A DNA stretch of 64,000 nucleotides. Origin: Eledone cirrhosa (lineage: Eukaryota). Below, piece by piece: positions 31,455 to 64,000 of this stretch. Under the pieces are notes generated by a model. It saw nothing but the letters and a program-made list of their open reading frames with translations, had not been told where the DNA came from and made no database searches. How positions within the stretch are numbered: the stretch's first letter is position 1; the number at the start of each line of letters is the position of its first letter. Position numbers and translations under genes: made by a program. The DNA lies in assembly GCA_964016885.1 (NCBI GenBank), contig OZ024746.1, forward strand, positions 25,296,001 through 25,360,000, written 5' to 3'.

Positions 31455-34400
31455 ATAATAATAATAATGAAATTATTGTGTACAGTGCTCAGGTGCACTA
31501 CAACTCATCAAAGGTGCATGTATAGTACATAGAATAATGTACAAATGTCAGGAAAATGAACAGTGTACGAGTCATGATATAATAACAATAACAATAATGA
31601 AATATTGTGTACAGTGCCCAGGTGCACCACAACTCATCAAAAAAGTGCATGTACAGTACATAGGGCAATGCACAAACATCAGTAAAATGAACAGTGCACA
31701 AGTCATGATACACACATGTGTGCATGTGCATGGAAGGGGTACATCAGGTGTAGTTTTGGCGTATTTCGGGAAGCATTATGTGTCTTAAAGGATGCAGTGT
31801 CTCGGCAGCTAACAATTGACGCAGGCAGTTTGTTCCATGCTTCAGCAACTCTGAGCGTGAAAAAATGTCTGCGAAAGTCATGGGAGCTGTGCTGTTTTCT
31901 TATCTTGTAGGCATGTCCACGTGTGTTAGACACATGGAGATCAAAGAGGCGCTCAGGGTTGCAGTTGGCGAGATGGTTAAAAACTTTGTGGGTATTCACC
32001 AAGTCCATTGCCAGACGTCGGAGCTTCAATGAATCCATGCCCAGGGAAGCAAGGCGTTCAGAGTATGGTAGGTGTCTGATGGAGGGTATGCGCTTGGTTG
32101 CACGTCTCTGAACAGTTTCCAGGAGGTCAATGTTCTGAGCAAGATAGGGGTTCCAGACTGATGATGCGAATTCCAAGTGTGGTCGTACCATAGCTGTATA
32201 CAGTTTTAAATAGATGGCTGGAGAGCGGCTAACAAAGGTCTTGCTGAGTGATGCCAAGACACCCTCGGCCTTCTTGACAATCTTAGAGACATGCTTTGTC
32301 CAACGCAAATCGTTGCTGACAGTAATGCCCAGGTCACGTTCACAAGAGGACTTTTTGATATCAGTGTTGTGGAGGGAGTATGTGGACGCTGGATTTTTCC
32401 TTCCAAAATGCATGGTGGTACACTTGTCCACAGCCAGCTTCAGTTGCCAGTCTGTGATCCATTGCTGCATTGTGTCCAGGTCTGATTGTAGGAAAGAGTT
32501 GTAAGTTTCAGGATCAGTCCTTTTGATTTCAAGGTACAGCTTGATGTCATCTGCATATTTTAGTACCGTGGCATTCTGTAAGTTGGCATCTATGTCGTTA
32601 ATATATGCCACAAACAAAAGAGGACCAAGAACAGATCCCTGTGGTACACCAGATGACATCTCATATGGTGAAGAATGCTGTCCTAGAACCGTGACTACTT
32701 CTTTTCGGCTGAGAATGAAGGATTTCAACCAGTCGAAAAGATCATCCCTCACACCCATTGCAGAGAGTTTTGCCATAAGTCTTTTGTGTGGCACAGAATT
32801 AAAAGCCTTAGCAAAGTCAAGGTAAACAACATCCACCCATGAGCCGCTGTCAGTGATCCGGGTGATGTCCTCAAGGAACTCGATAAGCTGATCACAGCAG
32901 CTGGAGTTAGGGATAAATCCAAACGGTGAGGGCCGGATGAGGCTGTGAGAGCTCCAGAAGTTCCAAAGTGTTTCTCTGACACAGGATTCCATCAGTTTGG
33001 CCATACAACTAGTAAGACTGACTGGACGATAGTTGACAGGTGACATGCGGTTGCCCTTTTTGAACAGGGGAATGACACTGGCAGTTTTCCACTGCTCCGG
33101 AGTAGCACCATTGTTGAGACAGTATTGAAAGAAGAAAGAAAGCTGGCGCAAAAGGAAATACCCGCCACGTTTGAGAAGCAGGTATGTCACACCATCAAGA
33201 CCAGGGGAGGCATAGTTGCGCTTATTCTTAAGGTGACGTCGCAACATTGCAGGTGTAAATTCCATAGTTGTTATGGAATTTGATGTTAGAGATGGTGGAG
33301 ATGGTACATTCTGGTTTTCAATAGTAAAAATACTTGCATAGCACTCAGCAATGAGTTCTGCGCATTCCTTGGGATCGTCAGTGATCTGGCTTGTGTGGGG
33401 ATTGCGGAGAGGACCAACTGGAGAGTGAGGTCTCTGCTTTGAATGAACATATTTCCAGAACACCTTACTGTCAGGATTGGTTGCGATGCACTGTTCAAAT
33501 TCAAGCACTGCCTTCTTTGTCACTTGCTTGAGATGGTTAGAAGATTTATTCCGCTTTTTTTGTTGGCATCTGATCTATGCAGTTTATATTCCCGTTCAGC
33601 GTTCCGATGTTCTTTCCTGGCAAGTCGGACCGCTGAAGTTTCCCAAATTGCACTTTTGGGGTGGTTATTTTTCCGCTTCCGTGGCACTGATGCTGCCCAT
33701 GCTATCCATAGTGTCCAGGATGCTCTGGAGTATAGAGTTCACATCTCCAGAGTTATACATCTCATGCCAGTTTGGGCGCTGTAGCTCAGTGCAGTACAAG
33801 TTCCAATCCGCCCTCTTCCAATCAAAGCAAGCAGATTGGAGATGGCTCTGGTTTTTGTTGCTGCCCTCAAGTGCCAGATTGGCAATGATCATAGCATGAT
33901 CAGAGTCGCCTAGTGGTTCCTCAGTAGTACAACTGATAACCACTTCAGGAGTAGTGGTGAAGATCAGGTCCAAAGTGTTGTCACCTCTTGTTGGAGAGGT
34001 GACTACTTGTGACCAGTTTGAGTCCAGCACTAGTTCAAGGAAATCGTTTGCACCTTGTGGCCAACGAAAGGTTTCCCAATCGATCTCAGGATGATTGAAG
34101 TCACCTGCAATAAACACATAAGTGGCTGTTTTCTTGGCAGCAACTCTGAGGATATCGCAAAGCTGTGTGTCCTGATGGTAGTTTGGGGGGCGATAAACAA
34201 CACCAAGCAGAAGTGTTGACATGGTCATACGTATGTCACAGAAAAAAACTTCTTCCTGTGATTCGTTCAAATCAACGCAAGGAATTACCGAAAAGTTTGA
34301 ACGAACGTAGACCATCACACCACCACCACGGCGGTTAATGCGGTCCTTGCGGAAAAGGTTGTACCCAGTAATGCTGAAAACCCCATCACAGAGTAAGGAA

Positions 34401-34612
34401 TGTGCCCATGTTTCCGTGACTGTGATGAAGTCAGGGTCGATGCTTCTGACGTAGGATTCGAACAGATGTATCTTGTTGCATAAACTGCGAGCATTTAAGG
34501 ACAACAATTTGTACCCTGCTCGCAGTTTATGATGGTGTGTAGAGGGTGGCAGGTTGTTCTGGTTTAGTTTCCCAGAGTTGTAGCAGTTTTTACATTGCCA
34601 GTTATTGTGGGT
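31455..34612 (-). mobile_element. Long CR1-like LINE: ORF1 end, ORF2 (APE endonuclease + RT, at least two frameshifts), duplicated 3' UTR
   Basis: EN ORF 33665-34507 (LNARSLCNK, VTETW, VYRPP, GDFN, TLDL, LGDSDH); RT ORF 31703-33523 (NYRPVSLTS, YLDFAKAF, SGVPQGSVLGP, YADD, ERDLG); (ATT)n tail. Confidence 0.95.
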
Positions 34613-35217
34613 AGATCACACTCAGACCAGCTGATGCCAAATTGTTTGAAATCATCCCTAGTGCTATGATACTAAGCTGTTTATTTTAAAGTGTTTATAT
34701 TTATCTATAAACCTAATTTTATGTATGCTCCAAACACCAACTAAATAATTAGAAAGTTAGTTATATTACTAAATACCTCAAAACTTAATTATTTACAAAA
34801 TGATTTGAAAATTATAAGCAATATTTTTCATTAGGAATATGGTAACAAAAGGGTTAAAGTGTTAATATTTATCTAGAAATGTTCCATCAAAATTGTATGT
34901 AAGAACTTTTGTTAAATGTTCCAAATGACAGCTTAATAGTGAGAAAGTTTGTTATATCATGAAATCCCTCAAATTCTTGATTATTTTCACAATGATAGGT
35001 GGTGTCTTTCATCAGAAATATAGTAATGAAAGGGTTAAATTATATATTATATGACTAACTGAAACGGTCATGGTCACTCAACAAATGTACTGAATAAATA
35101 ATCATTTAATATTTATAGTCAAAATATTTCTAGAACCAACTTTACAACTGACAGAATAAACATGAAAGGGAGAATTCCAGAACATTCCGAAGTATTGATA
35201 TTATTATTATTATTATT

Positions 35218-35358
35218 GACCCCGTAAGGATGAAAGGCAAAGTCAATCCCGCCGAGGTTGACTTTGCCTTTCATCCTTACGGGGTCGATAAAATAAAGTA
35301 CCAGTAATGCACTGGGTAATTGCTGGCCTTGTGCCAAAAGTAAAAACAATTATTATTA
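35218..35358 (+). mobile_element. Young SINE 3' half with perfect 29-bp inverted duplication
   Basis: Arms 35218-35246 and 35258-35286 are exact reverse complements; flanked by (ATT)n. Confidence 0.85.
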
Positions 35359-36789
35359 TCATGAAAATAGAATTCTATTATATTTAGTCTGAGTTTGAGA
35401 TCAGTTATAAGATGACTGGTTTACAATACATATTCATAATAATCACTGACACAGTTGGAATAATGGTTTCTAATTTTGGCACAAGGCCAGACATTTTTGG
35501 GGAAAGGGGAAAGTCAATTATATCAACACTAGAACTCAACTGGTACTTTATTTTGTTGACCTTAGAAGGACAATAGGCATTGTTGACCTCAACAGAATTT
35601 TAACTCGGAACAACAAGAGCCAGAATAAATACTGCAAAGTATTTTGTATGATGCTCTGATGATTCTGCCAATCCACTATTGGAATAATGAGAGAATTATA
35701 TCAAGAAGCCAAAGTAGAAGATGAAATGTTTGAGACTAAATAAAAAATATAAAACACAAGAGAATAATAATAAAAATAATATACAGAACAATAGGGAATA
35801 GTTTGTTAGTTTTAACAACTTGAGACAGATTTTAAGGAGCTGATCAGGAAAGATTCAGTTATTGACTTTGATTCTGTTTATCTGCACTTATGTGTTGTAA
35901 ATAATTGTTTCTACTTTTGGCACAATGCCAGCAATTATCCAGTGCATTACTGGTACTTTATTTTATCGACCCCGTAAGGATGAAAGGCAAAGTTAACCTC
36001 GGCAAGGCTCGTAACTATGCGTCAAAGCATGGCGTCCGATCCTCTACCGATACTGCCAATCCACCGCCATGTGTTGTAAATAATAATAATTGTTTCTAAT
36101 TTAGGCGCATGGCCAGTAATTTAGGGGAAGGGGAAAGACTATATCAATTCAAGTAATTGACTGGTACTCTATTTTATCGACCCTGAAAGAATGACAGGCA
36201 AAGTTGACCTCAAGTGGAATTTGAACAAATAATAGTACGCATTTGTCTATGCCAACCTACTGCTCTTGTAAATAATAATAATAATAATATTCCATAATTG
36301 ACCCATAACGCCTGTTTGAGTCATTGTCTTGGGCATTTGAACTTGGGGAGTCCATTCCTTTCCAGCCGATGTTCTCCAGATTTGTATTTCTGCTCCAAAA
36401 AAATTTTTTTAATTTTAATTTCGCTGTGCTGGCTTAAGGACTTAACAATGAGCTATCTTTAGCACTCCTGTTGGCATGGGTATTTTCCAAACAATACAAT
36501 TGATATTTGGTGTATTGATCAAATTTTTTTTTATTTATATATATATATCATCATCATCACATCTCTCTCTCTGGACTGGGATTTTATAATTATCAACCTG
36601 GAAAGAATGCAAAGCAAAGCTGACCATAGCAGAGAGCCAGAACAAATACTGTAAAGCAATTTATTGGTTGTTCTAATAACTCTGCCACCTCCCTGTCTTA
36701 CAGAATATTAGAAGGAAAGAGAAGGAGAAAATAAAGAAATAGTGAAGTGGAGAAAAAAATAATTTTACTTGAATCAGTGAAGTAGTTTT

Positions 36790-37278
36790 AACACACAGAT
36801 GGTATGGTTGGCTCTGAAGACATTAAATGGTATCAGACATGGTATAGTTAGCTATATAGACAACACATACATGGTATGGGGAGCTATGGAGACATCAGAC
36901 ACATGGTATGGCTGGCTATATAGACAACAGACAAGTGGTATGGCTGGCTATATAGACAACAGACAAGTGGTATGGCTGGCTATATAGACAACAGACACAT
37001 AGAAAGACATGCTATGGAAACATCAGACACATGGTACGACTGGTTAGTTATGAAGACACCAGACAAATGGTATGGTTAACTATATAGACCTTAAATAGTG
37101 TAGCTAACTATATAGACATCAGATGGTAAACTATATATACAAACCAGATGATATGGTAAACTATATATACAAACCAGATGGTACTACTAACTATATGTAT
37201 ACCAGATAGTATGGCTGGCTAACTAAGTAGACATCAGACAAATGATATGGTTGGTTACGTATGTAAACACCAGACAGT
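36790..37278. repeat. ~30-bp minisatellite immediately downstream of the GDPD1 stop codon
   Basis: CAGACA(C/A)ATGGTATGGCTGGCTATATAGACAA-like unit repeated about 15 times with divergence. Confidence 0.85.
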
Positions 37279-37297
37279 CTAATTGTTGAGACAAAAT

Positions 37298-60357
<23,060 letters not shown>

Positions 60358-60426
60358 CTATATATCTACCCCTTCTTTTGTGCCCCTGTGGCTAATAAAG
60401 AAATCTATCTAGAAAGCAATAACTAC

Positions 60427-60434
60427 TGACGTCA
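60427..60434. promoter_or_regulatory. Perfect CRE palindrome upstream of the GDPD1 start
   Basis: TGACGTCA about 70 nt upstream of the ATG (60357). Confidence 0.45.
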
Positions 60435-61090
60435 CACACAAGGAACGACTTTCGGGGAAAGTTTTATCAGCTTTATATACCACGACACTAACTGTTTGAA
60501 GTTTTAACTTATATTTGCTTTTAAAAAGCAAATATTAATTACAATTATTTAAGTTATGCGGTCAACCGAAATTTATAGGTATAATGGATTGAATAAGTGC
60601 TGAGTATATTTGCGTGAGAAATTCAGTGATTGTTCCAGGAAAACATATACAATGGATGCCAGACAGGTGCTTGTATCTGATATTAGTTTAACAGAACTGT
60701 CACCTAAAAGGAATCATGTCGTGTAATGCTTCGTTACCTGTTACCTACCCATTTATTCCGGTGTGATTCAGCGCTTATTTATTTGTTTACTTATTTATTT
60801 TCCCAAGAAAGAAACAATGATACGCCAATAATTGGTGGGAATTAATTATCCATTGCTTTACCCCGCCTGCACTCGATTGTCTGTCGCCCCACAACATTCA
60901 GCCTAAATATATAATACTGTATATATTAACTAAAGTAGACTGAAATCGAGAACGGGGTAAATTCCTATAAGCCTTCTATATTAAAGTGAAAATTAATAAT
61001 TCAAAGTAATTCGCTTTTATTAAACGATTCTAGTAAACATACCGTTATGTATATATATATACATAATATATATATATATATATATAAAAA

Positions 61091-61390
61091 ACAAGGACGA
61101 TTGGTTACTCCTTCGTTACGTTTATTGGTTGGTGGACGCGCGTCGTCAGACCCCTTACAATGGTATGGGGTTGACGAGCTGCGAATTACAAAGTCGGGCT
61201 AGATCGATACAGATCGAACCTTGACCTGATCAGTGGCGAAACGTGCGTCACCAACCAATAAACGTAATGAAGGAGTAAACAATCGTCCTTGTCTTATTTT
61301 ACTATAATATACTCTGTCTAGCTCTACACCTCAACACAGAAGTGAACCTAAACATCGAGTGCTCACCCGGGTGAACCTACACTCCCTGAA
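61091..61390 (+). mobile_element. Penelope-like inverted pLTR pair carrying a type I hammerhead ribozyme motif
   Basis: Arms 61091-61154 and 61167-61292 inverted; consensus GGT CTGACGA GCTGC..GTGGC GAAAC GCGC GTC ACC...AATAAAC. Confidence 0.7.
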
Positions 61391-61627
61391 TATATATATA
61401 TGTGCGTGCGTATCCTCATTTAACGTTCGTTTTCCCTGCTAACAAAGGTTAGACGGGTTGAAGTTGTGTTTCAAACATCAGGCTGTTGTTGACAAGTTTC
61501 TCAGTGCTGATGCCGCAATGAAGTGCACCCAATAGACTCTGTAAAGTACGGGAAATGTGAGATGCAACCCCTGATTTGGTTTGTGTCAATTCATCCAACC
61601 TCTGCTAGCAGGGAAAACGATCATTAA

Positions 61628-61819
61628 ATGATGATGGTGGTGGTGGTAGTGGACGTCGTCATCTTGGAAGTGGAGGTGGTGGTGATGACGATGATAGTGT
61701 TAATGATGATGATGGTGATGAGGATGAGGATGATGATGATGATGGTGATGATGATGAGGATGAGGATGATGATGATGATGGTGATGATGATGAGGATGAT
61801 GATGATGATGATAATGATA
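61628..61819. repeat. (ATG/GTG/AGG)n compound microsatellite
   Basis: Direct inspection. Confidence 0.95.
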
Positions 61820-63169
61820 AACACTTTAAAGCAAATAATTTTGTATCATAGAACAATGGATGGTTTGGTAAGGAACGGGTCTAGTCATTCGTTAAGGATT
61901 ATACTACTAATACTGCACATAGCCCACCGTTTATAAAGTTACTAAAGAGTTAGGTGGTGCTGTTAAACTGGGCAATGGATTAAGTCTACCACTCAGGTTA
62001 ACTTTGCCTTTCATCATTACGGGGTCGATGAAATAAAGCACCAGTAATGCACTGGGATAATTGCTGGCCTTGTGCCAAAAGTAGAAATAATTATTAAATA
62101 TACTGGTGCTTTGCAGCATAGAGTTACGTCCCTTTACATTCTGAACAAGGGCAAGATACCAATATCGCAATTGCTATTTCCTCTTCATCACCTATTCATG
62201 TAGTGAAAGGAGCCAATAGTCAGATCAAACCAAGGAAATCATGTTTACAATGGTCTTTCCATTGCTGATATTATGTGTTGGTCACAAATCATGGTTGGAT
62301 TTGAACTTAGAACACACAGAACCAGATCAGATAGCACAAAACATTGAGTCCGACTTTTTAACAATTCCGCCGATCCACAGCCCCTATGATTGGTACTTTA
62401 TTTATCAACCCTGAACGAATGAAAATTTAAACTCAGAACACTTCATTATATATAAACTTTATATAAAAAGTGGTGGTATAGCTACATCCCTTTATGTTCT
62501 GAGTTCAAATCCAACTGAGGTTAGCTTTGCTTTTCATTCTTACGATGTCAATAAAATACCAGTAACACACTGGGGTCGATTTAATCGACTTTCTCCCTAA
62601 ATTGTTAGCCTTATGCCTAAATCAGAAACCTTTATATAAAAACTCTGATGAAATTACATCGATTTTACAAAAGTAAATAAATATCGATTGATTGATTAAA
62701 ATAGTTACAAGTCTTCTACATTGATTAATTAATCCCTTTGATACCAAGCCACCAGAAACCATCCCTGGTTCTACAATACAGAAATGTTTGTTTTAATGTG
62801 TTTATATTTATCTAAAACCCTTCCGTCATAATTTTATGTAAGAACTTTTTCTATGTTCCAAACACCATCGAGAAAGTTAGTTATATTCTTGATTATTTTC
62901 AAAATGATTTGAAAATCATAGACAGTGATTTTTTATTAGAAAGTAGGCAACAAAAGTATTTATATTCATCTTAAAACCTTTCGCCATAATTTTGTCTAAA
63001 AACCTTTGAAATTGTATTCCAAACACCATCTCAGTAATGAGAAAGAACTCCCAAGAAAAGTTGATAATATATCATTATGGACACTAACAGAAAAACCACC
63101 TTTGGGGTGGTTTTCTGCTAGTATGTGTAGTGTGCATATTGATATTATACGCAAATATATATGCTATGT

Positions 63170-64000
63170 CAACTCGCCACTGCCAACAAGATGGTTGAGG
63201 AGCTTGGCCGCCGGGTTCTCCAGGTCAATAGCTCCAAATGTTAGCTCTGGATCCTCAACCACCCGGCTTCCCAACACCAACAGCTAATCGACCTGTTTGC
63301 AGAGCCCTTCCCTTCCATCGCGGTCCCTCCCCCGTCGGCTTGGTGCTCCTTACAAGGCCCAATCACAGACCTTGCCTTCGAGTCAATCTTCCAATCGAAG
63401 ATGGTTAGCCTTGAGCAGCTGCTGAAGAATATTGAGGTTATCGAACCCCATCAAGGTTTCTTCATACTCAGGAACTACCTATCTATTCCTAAGCTTCTGT
63501 ATCTGCTCAGGGTCAGCCCCTCTCACAGATTTCCGTCCTGCCTCCAACGCTTCGACGACCTAATCTTCGAGAGACTCGAGTGCCTGGTCAATGTTAGACT
63601 CTCTCCAGAGTCCCGCGATCAGGCTGCGTTGCCCAAGCGATTTGGTCTTCGTAAGTGTTCGTTCCTCTCTCTCCCCTGCTTCCTTTCCTCCACCTACGCT
63701 TGATCCACCCTGGTGAGCAGCATCCTCTCCTCTCCAACATGGACTAGTTCCAACAGGGAGTTGGGTGAAGCTCTCCAGCAATGGAGTGAGATGGGCTTGT
63801 CTCTTCCTGAGAAGGTGGAGGACAGTCGAAGTCAGAGAACTTGGGACAGCATAAGTTCGAAGGCCATCTTCGTCCAGTCAGATCAGTTTACAAGATGCCG
63901 CTTACTATCTGCCAGCGCCAAATAGTCAGGCGACTGGGTTGATGCCCTACCCGTGGCCAACGTCGGTGGCCTACTCAGCCTGGACGAACTTCGTGTCTCC
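63170..64000 (+). mobile_element. CRE-clade non-LTR retrotransposon fragment (post-RT region), disrupted, continuing past the window
   Basis: GC-richer block; IPKLLYLLR..P, QAALPKRFGL, LSLPCFLSS, SQRTWD, SGDWVDALP...LDELRV resemble CRE-like ORF C-terminal motifs; stops and frameshifts present. Confidence 0.7.

Noticed and set aside
36790-37278. CRISPR-like array (also 44019-44240, 51495-51810)
   Set aside because: Eukaryotic context, no unique spacers, no cas genes; plain tandem repeats

Overview
AT-rich, repeat-dense animal genomic DNA. The SINE/LINE repertoire suggests a coleoid cephalopod such as octopus; this is inference only. I assembled three spliced protein-coding genes by hand. (1) The 3' three coding exons of a proline-racemase-family gene with the DRSPTGSG motif (L3HYPDH-like, +, 1350-4456). 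(2) A complete 16-exon PRPF19 (+, 6946-25029, 511 aa). (3) A complete 10-exon GDPD1-like gene (-, 37298-60357, 319 aa), convergent with PRPF19. The rest is mobile DNA: a young RTE LINE with a PHD finger inside its RT, nested in a Helitron; a long CR1-like LINE; R4/Dong-like and CRE-like fragments; Helitron-derived, piggyBac-like and hAT-like MITEs; tRNA-derived SINEs; and micro/minisatellites. The most unusual observations are: a set of degenerate type I hammerhead-ribozyme modules resembling Penelope pLTRs, two of them in inverted pairs; a U6 snRNA-RTE chimeric retrocopy; a G_GGA_AAC -1 slippery site at the CR1 ORF1/ORF2 junction; a tandem array of potential 18-nt microexons in front of GDPD1 exon 6; and a Helitron remnant bounded by two inverted 5' ends. 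Most ORF-track entries are spurious.
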